64,000 nt of DNA from Octopus vulgaris (Eukaryota), in assembly GCA_951406725.2 (NCBI GenBank), contig OX597826.1:14570001-14634000 (forward strand), read 5' to 3'. This document shows, piece by piece, positions 25,711 through 40,550 of the stretch. The stretch's first letter is position 1, and every line of letters starts with the position of its first letter. The position numbers and the translations under genes were made by a program. A model generated the notes under the pieces. That model saw only the letters and a list, made by a program, of their open reading frames with translations, ran no database searches and was not told the origin of the DNA.

Positions 25711-25808
25711 TACATACATACATACATACATACATACATACATACATACATACATACATACATACATACATACATACATACACACACACACATACATACA
25801 TACATACA

Positions 25809-25892
<84 letters not shown>

Positions 25893-26013
25893 TACATATA
25901 TACTTATATATATATACATATATACATATGTATATATGCATGCATATATATGAGTGTTTATATATATATATATATACATATATTTATGTATATATGTATG
26001 CATATATATATAT

Positions 26014-26071
<58 letters not shown>

Positions 26072-26185
26072 CATATATATATATATACATATATACATAT
26101 GTATATATGTATGCATATATATGTGTGTTTATATATATATATACATATATTTATGTATATATGTATGCATATATATATATGTCTT

Positions 26186-26216
<31 letters not shown>

Positions 26217-26305
26217 GCATTATGTATGTATCTACAAATGCATGTATGGATGGATGTGTGTGTGTGTGTGTGTTTGTGCATATGCTCATAAATGCATATA
26301 TATAT
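25711..26305. repeat. (TACA)n/(TA)n microsatellite
   Basis: Direct inspection. Confidence 0.95.
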
Positions 26306-28347
26306 TAACAGTGAACAACAATATCGGTAGCTGCGATCGCTGCAACATCAATGGTAGTTACGTCACTAGCAAAAATGAGCAGTGGACAACAACAACAACA
26401 ACAACAGCAACAGCAGCAGCAACAACATTTACAATGATAACTATAAAATATGCAGCACAACAACCTCGTGAACAACAATAACATCCTTACCAATAGCAGA
26501 TGAAATTGATGAGATTTTTAATGGATTTATTTCCTGAAATAAAATGGTATTTATATTTAGGGGAAATTATATTAATTGCCGGATCAACAACTTGTTATTT
26601 GTCACTTCATTACTTTTTCCATGTGTCCACTGGAGACCACATTGTTCTGCACGCGCACATTCCTCGGGTTGCTTTTCTGTTTACATTTTGTTTCTCAATA
26701 CTTACACCTTCGTGTTTCCATAATTAAGCTACCCCGTCGCTAAACCACCCCACATTATTTTGTAGCCGGTTTGTCTCATTTAATTTCCTCTAAATGTGTA
26801 TCAGGTGTCACCTCTATTATTGACGGTTAATACAAAACCTTGAATCAATAGCGTCGTTTATAACTCGTGAGGAGATTTAAAGCTGGAAGTAAAGCTCATA
26901 ACGCATTCAGTCATAGGAGTGATACTGAAGACTCCGATTTTATATGACGTAAATTTGTTTTGTTGCTTTTCTTTTTCAATTCCAATCTATTTGAAAAAGA
27001 AAATTTCTACTGTACGATGCTAGATAAAAATATCACACATCCATTTTGCAGAACTCCTGCTCACAATACTAAAATACTTCTAGTCTGCGTCAACTGTTAA
27101 CAGCGAGATACACCGTATCGTTGATGGGTTGAATGATCTGGCTGCAGATATAACGTAATGCTAGTCATAACGTACGAACAATCAACTTCTCGGATGTTGT
27201 CAGTTAAATATTCCATTGGACTTACCCAATATACGAAACCAGGTCTATGTATTATTATGTCACTTCAATAATTCTCATATAGGTAAATTTTAATAGCGCA
27301 AGGTAAATTATCTTGGGCAGGAACATGTCACACTTAATCCCTACTTTCTAGCTAGAAATCTTATTCACTCATATGTGATGACATTATTCATACATTGATA
27401 CAATTGCTGCTTTATATGTGAGAAAGGCAATGAAACCATATTCTAAAACTGATATCTATATTGGATGACTTTCCTATTCACACGTCTTCAATTACCACCG
27501 TATGTTATATTAATATATGAAATTCAAATGAATTAACCTTACCTCCGCATTTTATTATCAAAACCACGTCAGTTGACTAAATATAGCATTATTGCAGGTG
27601 ATTATCCTGAATGATGTTTACGAAGGGACACCTTGTGTTGCTTTGACTTGCTAAATTTTCATATATATGTTCGTGTGATGGGTGAATTATATCATTTTTG
27701 TCAACGCTCGCCAATGGAAAAATGTATAAATATTTGATGGATGGATATAAACAAGATGGAAGAGTTTTAATAAAATGAACAGAGAAAACAAGAAAATAAA
27801 CTGGTCGTTGGTTTAAGTTCATAGAGTAGAATTAAGGAGGGTAAAAAAGAGGACGAGAAGGTATATTTTTTTGTGAAGACTGCTAAAAGACTCGCAGACA
27901 TATGGGCACAGTAGGGCCAGTATCATTTTGAAATCTGCTTCGAAATTGCCTGATTTCAAGAGTATGCTAATTTACACAATTATTAGCCTCACATGGATCA
28001 AATATTTCTGAAAGAAATTTACTAAAGGAAAACTGGGTAGCATCGTGTCAGAAGATTTTCCTGTTTTCTGATAGTAGACTTAAACCAACATTCAATGTAA
28101 TACCACTTCCTGGCTTTTGGTTGCCTTTAGTACAGGCTTTGAAAGAAGTCTTGGGGGCTGCCATTTCCTCCTTCAATAATACACAGAGATAAAAACAAAA
28201 TAATACTCAAGCGTGGGCAAGGTAACAGAAGATTGAAGACACTGAATAACAGTTAAACATTATACACAGTCACCGCCTCCCATACAGATATGAATGCATA
28301 TTAATGTACATATATACACATAATCATATACTGATGATGTACAAATA

Positions 28348-29620
28348 TTGGGTTGTCCGGAAAGTTCGTGCCGATTTATAGTAGCTTACCTTTCTATTTA
28401 TTTTAGAACCTAGTTGAGTGCATAAAATAGGATTTGACTACACCTCCATTTAGAGCACAGTTTAAGCTATCTTTTCGTGGAAGAAGGTTTATGTTCCTAT
28501 AACCTGTGTTAATTCTGTAACCCTTTAAAATAGAAGATAAGAAAGTTCCTTTTCGGCACTTGATGCTTTTCTTTTTCCGTAAAGGGAAAAATGCCTCACA
28601 AGCAACAAAAAAAATATGCGCAGTGTACGGTGATGTTTCTTTATCCAAAAGAACTGTACGGAAGTGGTTTGCAGGGTTCCGAGCTGGAGATTGTAGCCTT
28701 ATTGATAAAGAGCGATCAGGCAGACCATCCACTACAGATGATGATCAAATCAAGTCATTAATTGAGAATAACGCACATTGCATAAACCGAGAATTGGTTT
28801 GCACAAAGCCTCGACCTATCGAAATCCGTCGTTCATGAGCACCTGGTAAAGCTTGGGTACACAAATCGCTACGATGTTTGGGTTCCACATGAGTTAAGTG
28901 AGAAGAACCTTTTGGATCGTATTTCCATCTGTGATTCGCTTTATAAACGGAATGAAAACGCGCCTTTTTTAAAGCAAATTGTGACAAGTAATGAGAAATG
29001 GATTATCTACCGAAATGTTCAGAGAAAGCGATCCTGGAGTAAGCGACATGAGCCACCCTTAGCCACCCCATAAGCGGACCTTCACCCTTTGTGTCTGGTG
29101 GGATTGGAAAGGAATTCTCTACTATGAGCTACTCCCAAGTAACCAGACAATTAATTCTGAGAAATACTGCACACAACTGGACGAGTTAAATGCAGCAATT
29201 CAAGAGAAACGTCCAGAATTGGCCAACAGGAAAGGTGTTGATTTCCAACATAATAATGCAAGACCGCATGTTTCTTTGGGAGCCAGAGAAACATTGCCGC
29301 AGCTCGGCTACGATGTGTTACCCCACCCTCGATATTCACCAGATATTGCTCCTTCGGATTTCCACTTATTCAGGTCTCTGCAGAATAGTCTTAATGGTAA
29401 AAATTTCAATTCCTTGGATGACGTAAAAAGATACCTTGATGAATTTTTTGCCATGAAACCACCTCAATTCTGGGAAGAGGGTATTTTCAAGTTAAAGAAA
29501 AGGTGGAGACGCATTGTGCAACAAAATGTTTCATATTTCGTTGATTAAAGATTAATGGCAAGTATTTATTGACCTTTTTCTTTCCTTAAAAAATCGGCAC
29601 GAACTTTCCGGACAACCCAA
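28348..29620 (+). mobile_element. Full-length mariner transposon (Mos1/Hsmar1-like), decayed
   Basis: Perfect 30-bp TIRs ttgggttgtccggaaagttcgtgccgattt, TA duplication; WVPHEL, VTSNEKW (first D to N), QHNNARPH, YSPDIAPSDFHLFRSL in broken frames. Confidence 0.92.
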
Positions 29621-30593
29621 TATATTCATATTATAATGCATGCATAAAGACATATGAAGACCATGAGGACACATGACGACTTTTACACGTGTCCCTGAAG
29701 GCATGTTATAAAAGGAAGTTAAAAAATAGAACTGTGATAGATAAGAACGATATAATGGGTCAATTAGTAATACAAACACTAAAAGAGAAGCAGGTGAAAA
29801 ACAAATTTGGTTTTCATTACCTGTGTTAGTAGCATACACACAAAGATTTCGAGAGAGTTATTTAATTTCTTTAGGATCTCCGTTTCTTAATTCGTATTTT
29901 TTGTTGATATTCTATCATTGTCCAACCACCACATCTTTTCTGCTTTTACACGTTTAATTTATGCCGTTCAGCTTTATAATCTTTTTCAACATGTTTCGAA
30001 CGATCACACCAGGAACCCTGAAAATCGACTTATTTTGCGGCACGTTGCCTAATTCCTATTTTAATTAATTTATTCAAATTAACAAAATTCATTAACAGAC
30101 ATTTCCCAAAGCAACCCATTACTAGTTTCCATTTAATCCTTTAACTATCGCGTAGTAAAACTATCTGTGACTCCTAAACGAATTTGCTTAAGTGTTAAAC
30201 ATTGGTCCTTAAGTTCCGCGCCGTCTTTTAACAATTTTTGTTTACTTCTGTGGAGCTTAGAGTCTTTCATATTTACATCGTACCTTCATTTCATGAACGC
30301 TGTAAGAAGATTCAATCTCGACACTGAGAGACAGTTATCTGCTCTTTAGGGTATCTTTAGAGCAGTATACAAAAATAAAAAGTTATCTTCCTTATCTAAC
30401 ATGCAACCAGAAACATCGAATTTGCAACACTGTGCTAGTAAAGAGAACTAAAGTTCTGTCTTATTAAAATTCCATGATTTTCTTTATAAACAGGTATGAC
30501 ATACTTTTCTACCAACAAAGAATGAGTTTTTATACTAAACTCATCCGGAATTTCTAAAGAAAAATAGGATACATGGCTTTAAATTTGTTGCTG

Positions 30594-30690
30594 AGTGGCT
30601 GTGTAGTAAGTTGCTTGTTTACAAACCACATGGTTCCGGGTTCAGTCCTACTGCGTGGCACCTTGCGCAAGTGTCCTCTACTATAGCCTC
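30594..30690 (+). mobile_element. 5' fragment of SINE family A
   Basis: Matches 8707-8803. Confidence 0.8.
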
Positions 30691-30727
30691 TTTTTAAAAC
30701 AATCTTTCATGCATGTATACATACATA

Positions 30728-30765
<38 letters not shown>

Positions 30766-31806
30766 TGTGTGTGTGCGTGAGGGCGTATGACCTAGTAGTA
30801 AGGGTGTTGTACTTACGATCTAGCTCTCGTGGTTTAATTTCCTAGACCGGGTACTGCATTGTGCTCTTGTGCAGAGCACCTCATCTCACTTGTTCTGCAA
30901 TCACTTCGACACTTGACACCGCAGTACAAATCATCTGTGAAGATCGTTCAGCTAAACTTTCACACGTCGTCTTCAATGGGAGACTCAATCATATATCATC
31001 CTCATGTATATACGTAAATGTCTATCGTATCTGAAAATAGAGGTAACGGTCATATTTGGATGGTATTGCAACGTAGGTGTGTTTTATCATGACACTCCTG
31101 GACGTACCACCAACAGCAAGAAAGAAAGCATTCCACACGGAAAATTAAATTTACAGATATTTAGGAATACTCGTCCCAGTGCCCCTCAAAACGTGTGAAT
31201 TTCTTGGACAAGTACCAAACTATCATACTTCTAGCGCTCTGATGACTATTCTAGTATTTTAAGAAGTATTTGAGTCTAAATTTTATATGATTGTAAGAGA
31301 GCTCATTTTTGAACTTGTACAATGCCATTTATTTGTTTGCATACACAAACGCGGACGGGCCACTCTCATTGATAAAATGGATGAAATAATTAATACAGCT
31401 ACTCTGAGTTTGCATAAATATCTAGGGCAAACCTAAACAAACTTACAGCAAGTTTAACCATGCTATAAAAAGCGGATACTATATTTAACAAGCGTTTTTT
31501 TTTTCTTCAATTAGAAATGGAGATGGACTTAACTAGTTTCAATATCTTTTATCGCTTTATCAGTGATCAGTCACGAATGTTTTTACCTCAGAGATAATTA
31601 AAGCTTTTACCTGTTGATAGTATAGACAGACTCAGATAGAAGAGAACTGTGTGTCCCAGTATGCACCATTGTGCAATCACTACTAACGTGAATAAATAAA
31701 TTAATTAAGGGAAGCATTAGGATAAATTGAGATATAAGGTATTTTATCATAAAGCTATCAATCTATCGCTGTGTGCTATATCTTTTATTATTGCACACAC
31801 ATGCAT

Positions 31807-31865
<59 letters not shown>

Positions 31866-31991
31866 ATATATATATGTACATATAAATATATATATATATA
31901 TGCATACATACATATTACTATGTATTTGTACGTATGTATTTCTATATGTATAAATACACTAACGCACTTACAGTTATAAATATGTAAAAGA

Positions 31992-32031
<40 letters not shown>

Positions 32032-33426
32032 CCTGTGTGTGCGTTTGTGAATCTGCATGCGTATAGGTGTATATGTTGCATAAGTTTATTTATTCATTAT
32101 GTACATTGGAAGTTAATTTTCATCTAACGTCATCTCTCAGCATCCATATCGTTAAGGCTCCATAATGCTTTCCATTAAAAGTTTCTTCTGACTTACAATT
32201 GTAAATATTTATCAACTTTACCATTTACTCATCAGCAAGCTTCCATATCGTTACCAACAGAGTAACACCACAATTCATTAACCCCACAAAAGACCGTCAA
32301 CATTTTCATTCTTAACATTCACTAAACCCTTTAGAAGTACAGAATTTTCGAAACTGATTTGTCTTTATTTCAAAGACATTGATTATTTCATTTACCACCA
32401 TAAGTTCATTTACGACACCATAAGTTCATTATTGTAGAACAACGCTCTTCTAGGCATTGATATGTATTTCAGTTACACAAGTAAGTGATATTCAGGATTT
32501 TATTCATTTATTCATGATTAACTGAAAGCCGTAAACCCAGTCCTTTGGAATTCTTTTCCACACTTGTACTTCATTAAATAATTATCTGATTTTAATATAT
32601 CACTGACACTGAGCCACTTTGGCTTCTATTAAGGTAATTCGGTGGATATATGCATCTTTCTATAAATATTTCTTCATGGATCATTATTGAACATGTCAGC
32701 GACATTTATTATATTCGACGATAGTGTTATCAATTTTCTTTCGATTGTCACTTTGCATTTGCGAACGAGATAACACCAACTAGTTTCATGATTCTCAATT
32801 GCCCAATATCTTTAATCAAAACTCATATTCAATTTATTGAAGGATCTTAAATGGTAAAAGTAATATTCACAGAAGATTGTAAAACGCTTAGATTTTCACC
32901 TTTTACCGTACTTTTTTTTGTCAACTCCATAAAACCTGTTCCTCTTAATATCTATTGTAAAATTCAGTTGTATCCAACTAATTAGTAGTAAAGTATATAT
33001 TCAAGATATCTCAAACCATCTCTCTCCAATATTTCACACGCTGTGTCCTCTCTCCCTCTCTCTCTCTCTGCCGCTCTCTCTTCTCTCTCTCTCTCTCTAT
33101 GTATGCATATATGTATGTATGTTTATATACTATAAATTCGTGTTCTTTGGGACATCAAGCTTTACAGAATAGTTTATATATCCATTGGTAGCTTTGGAAT
33201 AAATCATTCGGCCAATTTCAATTTTAATCTTAGCATTGAAGGATTCGTCAGTTAAAGCTCCATTATTATTCTTTAAATAATTTTCAAACAATATCATCCT
33301 ATCATTTCTATGCATGTTTGTATGGCTGGCTGTTTATGTCTGTTTGCACATATACACTTACACACACACACATACACACACTTACACACACACTTACACA
33401 CACTCACACACACACACACACACACT

Positions 33427-33529
<103 letters not shown>

Positions 33530-33710
33530 TATAACGGGAAATATTTTGATTCACCCCACCTTTTTTCCTCTCAAGTTAAGAATCTCCCTGAATTATTCTT
33601 TAAGATCATTCAAAAAAGCTTTCATTCAGATCATAAATATCACGCCATCGTTAACAAATCTAGTTGAAAATTATCATATTCAAAATAACCAAATTAAGGC
33701 TCCATCATTG
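33530..33710 (+). pseudogene. Penelope-like element fragment (RT-GIY-YIG linker)
   Basis: YFDSPHLFSSQVKNLPELFFKIIQKSFHSDHKYHAIVNKSS*KLSYS..PN resembles the PLE WFNPP....F....H....IFN...KLSYS..N motif. Confidence 0.55.
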
Positions 33711-34364
33711 ATGCTAGTAATAGATTTAAATTTAGAAGGAATATTCGGCACCGGGATTCCATGGAACGTAATCAGGAGAGTAGCAATCTGATTTCCATAT
33801 AAAAAAAAAACTTGCAATTCTCAATCCCCATAATTTTTCCCGTTAAAAGGGTCCTGTTTGAAAAATAACATAGTTTATAAGTGCGAAGTAAGTACCTCAA
33901 AAGAACTCTAGAAAATCTATATAGAGAGCACAATAGACTTTAAAACTAGATATAGGGGCCATAAAAATTTATTTGCAACCCTGAGCAAAGAAAATTCGAC
34001 AGCACTAGCCAGACACGTACACGGAACAACGAAAGCAACGCGAGACGTGTGTGTCTGTGAAATATGTTTTAATTTCATATATATATATATATATGTATAC
34101 ATCAAACAGTTTTGCCTGGATTAACAATCCCTCTCTGATAACTCTGACCAAGGTAACATTAATTTTCTTGGTTGTTCAATTTTTCTCAAACGATCAATGA
34201 GCCGACTGACTAAACTAACCAATAATGAACCTATATTGACTAGTTTAAACTACTGTAAATTAAATCAACTGCAATAAAGAAAAATAAATAATGACTATTA
34301 TTAATGCCTTATCTTGTACAAATACATACATACGTATATACATACATACATATATACATATATA

Positions 34365-34771
34365 CTCTTTACTCTTTATTCTTTTACTTGTTTCAGTCAT
34401 TTGACTGCGGCCATGCTGGAGCACCGCCTTTAGTCGAGCAAATCGACCTCGGGACTTATTCTTTGTAAGCCCAGTACTTATTCTATCGGTCTCTTTTGCC
34501 GAACCGCTAAGTGACGGGGACGTAAACACACCAGCATCGGTTGTCAAGCAATGCTAGGGGGACAAACACAGACACACAAACACACACATACATATATATA
34601 CATATATACGACAGGCTTCTTTCAGTTTCCGTCTACCAAATCCACTCACAAGGCATTGGTCGGCCCGGGGCTATAGCAGAAGACACTTGCCCAAGATGCC
34701 ACGCAGTGGGACTGAACCTGCAACCATGTGATTGCTTAGCAAGCTACTTACCACACAGCCATTCCTGCGCC
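34365..34771 (-). mobile_element. Full-length SINE family A
   Basis: Reverse complement of 8699-9126 with high similarity. Confidence 0.88.
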
Positions 34772-34777
34772 TATAAA

Positions 34778-34896
<119 letters not shown>

Positions 34897-35263
34897 GGTG
34901 GTTGTCTACTTCTTATGCAGAGTCTGACCACCTCTTTTATTTACACCTTAGATCTGTCATTGCGTCTGATGTGGCTTTTTAAACCAGAGAATATTTTGAA
35001 AAGAAACCCACCTACATTCTTACATTGCGTACATAGGAGTGCGTATGTATGTAATGAATATATAAACACCACTAGCAACACTAAAATAGAGTAGCACCAT
35101 GTCATAGGTTATTTTTATCTGGAATAGTCGTTCTCCTGCAACTTCGAAATTTTAAAGTATTTAACTGAACTATCAGTGAAAGAGCTTGACACATATTTAT
35201 TGAAATCTTCGAAACCGGCCTGTTGTTGAATGCAGTTACATCCTGCCTTTAATCCATCATATA

Positions 35264-35462
35264 TAAAATTCCTGGCTTTAGGAGTATCGCGAAAGGTGAG
35301 TTGAAGCCCAAACTTCCGAGTTCTTTTACAGGGCTTAGAAAAACTGAAAAATCGCTGCAATAAGTGTGTGAATCTGAGAAGCGAATATGTTGAATAAAAT
35401 CATAATTCATTCATCCTCATCTATGTTCTTTTACCTAAAGGCAGAAACTTTTCTGCACCCGT
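35264..35462 (+). mobile_element. Mariner-derived MITE/deletion derivative
   Basis: QGLEKLKNRCNKCVNLRSEYVE* (mariner C-terminus); degenerate TIRs aaaattcctggcttta / taaaggcagaaactttt. Confidence 0.6.
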
Positions 35463-35466
35463 TATG

Positions 35467-35525
<59 letters not shown>

Positions 35526-35529
<4 letters not shown>

Positions 35530-35755
35530 GAAAGAATGGAGTTGAACGACGATTTAACAAAATTCCTTTATTTTCGACATATGTTTCGAAGGCTGCATAT
35601 TCCTAATTTCGAAGGAATAAGGGGTGCATTATGCCGCCTTCTCAGCAGGAAAGACAAGGAACTTATGTCAGCATCAAGATGAACAAAAACTCTTAGATGA
35701 CTGCCCACACGGAGTTCATAGCGAATTATCCATACTAGGATAATTCATTCAACTA

Positions 35756-35757
<2 letters not shown>
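35526..35757 (-). mobile_element. ~230-bp non-coding HHR-bearing element between (TA)n tracts
   Basis: Sharp (TA)n boundaries; contains HHR-like motif at 35572-35652. Confidence 0.6.
35572..35652 (-). ncRNA. Hammerhead-like motif (A6C core variant), extended stem II
   Basis: UUUC-CUGCUGA-GAAGGC(g)GCAU...AUGC(a)GCCUUC-GAAA-CAUAUG-UC-GAAA. Confidence 0.7.
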
Positions 35758-35808
<51 letters not shown>

Positions 35809-37256
35809 GTGTATGTGTGTGTGTGTGTGTGTAAAATTCGCGCGCGCGCGAGCACACTAACAGACACGGATATTCGCTTGCCACCTTCCTGTATAGAATA
35901 ATGTTCCTTAACTTTTCTGACTAATATTTTTCTATCTGTAGCAGTCAGACTGCGACAACTGTTGAACTCTCCATTCGGTATTTTACAAACTTTTTGATAG
36001 GGAGAATTTCCTTCAAACAACATTTTGTTTGCACAGAACGGAAGTACTCTCAGAGTCTTACTGGAAGAATCTTAATTTTTTTTTCTTTTCTCATTTTTCT
36101 TTTGTTGCAAGATTTGTACAACCTTGGTTTTATTTACTGATTTATCATTTACACTAGTGGTTTGATTCTATTCGATTCACTTTTCTCGCCAATGATTTGT
36201 TTATTTAACCATTTTCAGACATTTCATCATCTTATGCGTATTTTTCTCTTCCTAGGAATATTATGTTAAACTTCATCCTTCCTTTTGGAGACATAGCTAA
36301 AGCATATAGCTTTAAAAATTGAAGTAAATTAATGTATTTCTCCGCAAATGTCATTCCCTGAGAGAACTTGAACCAGTTTGTCTGGTTATTCCGAATAGAC
36401 CTAGTCACTATTTTGTTGATTCAAGCTTCACAGTCTTGGGATGCTTAATGTAAAGTTACTTTCTACAATAAATTTTAATTCTACCGTATTGTATTTAGGA
36501 AAGATTCTAGTTCTGCACAGCACATTAGCACAACCTTCAATATTTGGTAAGCAGATACCAAGAGTGAACTTGTCTCAAGTAGCGTAATGCATAGTCGAGA
36601 TGGTTAGATTAAGCAAATATTCTGAGTCTCTTAAGTTAAACTGGACCATTTCTATCTAAGTGTTTGACTGGCCTTTTAATTCTGGGAAAATAGAAACTTC
36701 GTTAAAAGGAAAAATCAATATGCTCGATCAATTTCGTTTAAATTTATTCTATCTTTCTGCCAATGCCCCGCACATTAACGGGATGATATGCTGTGCAAAT
36801 TGAATTTATGATTTAATTTTATGATGATATAATTACACACACATATAGCAAACATGGTGTATGTGTGAGTAATTTTTCTTCATATAAATTTTAACGGATG
36901 TACTTTAGAAAAGTTGTTTCAAACCAGCTTGGAGTGGGGTGGGAAGAATCTTTTGTGGCTAATTACTAAATTCAGACATAAATATAGTGTGATAAATTTA
37001 TTTATAATTAGTATATATCGATTGAATCCATCAACCATAAGGCTTGTACATATTTTGTCGATCTCGGGAACATGGGCAACAACATCGATCAATGTGTGTG
37101 ATTTCAAAGCGGAGGAGGACGAACGAGTATTGTTCAAATTTCTGTGATTTCTCTCATCGAATTGCACTTTCAGCTTTTAATAATAATATTTATTTGAAAA
37201 GCTATTTCATCAGTCATACATTAAAAATACATTGTTAGAGACATTTGACATAAGTT

Positions 37257-37642
37257 TCTCTCTCCCTCTCTCTCTCTCTCTTTCTCTCTCTCTCTTTCTC
37301 TCTCTCTCTTTCTCTCTCTCTCTATCTATCTACCTATCAACCTCTCTCTCTCTCTCTCTCTGTCTCTGTATGTCTGTCTGTCTCTATCAATCTATCTATC
37401 TAGCTAGCTACCTATCTACCTATCTCTCTCTTTGTCTCTGTGACTTTGTCTGTCTGTCTGTCTGTCTCTGTCTATCAATCTATCTATCTATCTATCTACC
37501 TATCTATCTGTCTGTCTGTCTGTCTGTCTCTGTCTGTCTGTCTCTCTCTCTCTGTCTCTGTCTTTGTCTCTCTCTCTCTCTCTCTCTCTCCCTGTCTCTC
37601 TCTCTCTCCCTGTCTCTCTCTCTCTCCCTGTCTCTCTCTCTC
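37257..37642. repeat. (CT)n/(TCTA)n/(TCTG)n microsatellite
   Basis: Direct inspection. Confidence 0.95.
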
Positions 37643-38117
37643 TAATCATTTTGGAAATATTCGGCTTTTACCTCACACAGCCCCAATGGACATTTAAAAT
37701 CAGAAGTGAAATAACAGATGTTATTGACATTTAATTTGATTTCTTAGAACTAACAAATTAATGTCAAGAACAAATTCTGAAAAGCATTTCTTACTATGCG
37801 CAGTTGTGTCTGTCGTTTTCCTATTCTAGTTAAGAAGAATAAAATGACTAAAACATCTAAATTTAATGCAGGATGCTCAATATTATTTGAAGAAGTGATG
37901 TAGCATAATAGATTGGAACACTGACGTTACAGAGCTAAAGTAACTGTATTAACGACAATGTCGAGTATGACAATCTAGCTTACACCTTATACATATGCAG
38001 GCATTCATTCATACATGTATGTATGTGTACGTGTATGTATAAGAGGGAGAAAGAGAGAGATAAATAAATAGAAAGATAGGAATAGATATAGTTACTGATA
38101 TACATACTTTATATATA

Positions 38118-38365
38118 TTGGGTTGGTGCATAATTATTGCGGCTTCTTTTCAACTAATTGTATTCAACAAAAACAATAACAGGTAACAAAAACATATTTA
38201 AATGATTATTCCGGAGCATATTCACAATCTACTTCAATTACTGCTTCGCATTTTCTTGGCAGACGATCAGACCGCCATTTAAATATGTTTTTGTTAATTA
38301 TTGTTTTTGCTTTTGCTGAATAAAATTTGTTGAAAAAAAGCCGCAATAATTATGCACCAACACAA
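38118..38365 (-). mobile_element. 248-bp mariner MITE
   Basis: TIRs ttgggttggtgcataattattgcggctt / aagccgcaataattatgcaccaacacaa, TA duplication; internal DRLPRKCEAVIEVDCEYAPE* transposase C-terminus. Confidence 0.85.
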
Positions 38366-38409
38366 TATATGTATATATTAACTTCTTACTTCCTCGCGCC
38401 TTCTTTCTG

Positions 38410-38597
38410 CTTCTCTTCTTCTTCTTCTTATTCTTCTTCTTCTTCTTCTTCTTCTTCTTCTTCTTCTTCTTCTTCTTCTTCTTCTTCTTCTTCTTCTTCT
38501 TCTTCTTCTTCTTCTTCTTCTTCTTCTTCTTCTTCTTCTTCTTCTTCTTCTTCTTCTTCTTCTTCTTCTTCTTCTCCTCCTTCTCCTTCTTCTTCTT
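38410..38597. repeat. (TTC)n microsatellite
   Basis: Direct inspection. Confidence 0.95.
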
Positions 38598-38699
38598 TGC
38601 AAAGAATTCACAACGACCTCGAACCTACAAGAGTAAACAAGAAAGACAGAAACCTATTGAAGAATTAAACTTCTTTTATATTTTATCTAATGAACTGGA

Positions 38700-39185
38700 A
38701 TACATATTATATGAATTTCATCAAAATTGGAGATTAAGAATTTTAATGGGGTTTCTTGCCCTCATAACAGACCCCAACAAAAATTCTAATCATGATATAT
38801 TTATCCCATACTACTCATCTTTATGCCCCGATTCCTAAATCTAAATCATATAAAACCCATTCAAAGGATTTTGCTCCTGAAAAATGGATCACCTGGAGCT
38901 CAAAATTGTGGGAGTTAAGGCCCCTATTAGGGGAGTCTTAAAGTCAACCAGAGAAATTGAATTGTTGGGCATCTTTTTTAACTTGTGTCTTATATCTATC
39001 GTTTAAATTAAGAATAAATCCGAGAGAGTGAACAGCAAGAATGAAGAAAGCAGATGAACGGAGGAATGGTGGTAGAACAATTGTAGTTGCAGCTCGGGGC
39101 CAATGGAACCTTTCAAAGACCCTTAGATAATGCCTACATTGCACTGCGCAAGGTGCAATGTCAGTATCATCTCCCTACGAGAAAT

Positions 39186-39225
<40 letters not shown>

Positions 39226-40355
39226 AGAGAGAGAATGGATGTGTGGGGTGGTGTGAGTTTGTGTGCGTGTCAATATCGTAATTTCTTAGAATTAGTCTAG
39301 GCCGACTCGTAAAAGATCAATAGTTAAATAATTTAGTGAAAGAGTAGAAAGTGCAGTGAATGATGTGTGGAATAACGAAGGCAGTAGTCTTATAAACCTA
39401 TGCTGGCACTTCAGATGTACGAATCAGAACGTAGTTGCACTTCCTATGCACCAGATTAATTTTAAGACCAAAACGGCTACAGATTTTTCAAAAATCTAAG
39501 ACTACAATTGTATTCGTCTTGGCTTACGAAAACTTGTTGAGGGTAAACCCCCATAAGGGGTCTTACTAATCTCCTAAGAAGTTGTCTAATATCTATGGTT
39601 AAAATTTCCTCAACAGCAAAATTATATAAATTTTCATGGGGAGTATTGCCTCGTCTATGCCCCCTCACTTTCAAATGTATATTGCATTACATCTGCCCTT
39701 ATGCACAGAATATAATTTCCAAATTTCATAAAGATACATTCAGTACTTTCGACCTTGTTTTGGATCATTAAAAAATGACTGAAATTTGAGAGTTAAGGCA
39801 AATTTTAGATATTAGAATCTTCATGGGAAGTGAAATCTTTGGGAATACTTCTTAATTTATGTCAACTATCTATGGTTAAAATTTCATCAACATCGGAAAT
39901 TTATGAATTTTCATGGAGGATTCTGTTCCGTTTAAGCCCCTTAAAATTCAAACCAAACACTTCATAATATCCGCCCTTATACATTGAATCTAAGTTCCAA
40001 ATATCATAAGGATCCATGCAGTAATTTTGGTCCATGAAAAACGACTAAAATTTGCGGGTTAAGCTCCCATTAGAGGTTCTTAGAATCATCCACAAAAATG
40101 CAAATTTGGGATATAGTTTTTAATTTATATCTAATACCTGTGGTTCAAATGTCATCAAAATCCGAATTCCATGAATTTTCACGGGAGGTTCTGCATCCCC
40201 TTTATGTCCCCTCAAAATTGTATGAAATATACGGCATTACCCTTCTTCCTAGGTTTGGATTTTGTGTTCCACATTTCATTAGGATCGGTCCAATAGTTTT
40301 CAAGTCTATAAGTAACACATGAACTCGCATAAAAACATTGACTTTTATATAATAT
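38700..40355 (-). mobile_element. Helitron-like non-autonomous element with diverged ~270-bp internal tandem repeats (interrupted ~39010-39530)
   Basis: Repeat anchors tctatggttaaaattt at 39592 and 39869, variants at 40137 and 38995; end at 40270-40355 (atttcattaggatcggtccaatagtttt...cttttatata) resembles the Helitron end at 13300-13389. Confidence 0.55.
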
Positions 40356-40387
40356 ATACATACATATAAAAGTCAATAGATATAGAT

Positions 40388-40550
<163 letters not shown>

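Noticed and set aside
33130-33315. Possible minus-strand PLE remnant (SFNAKIKIEIGR)
   Set aside because: Similarity to the WFNPPF..V.TNIG motif is too short to call
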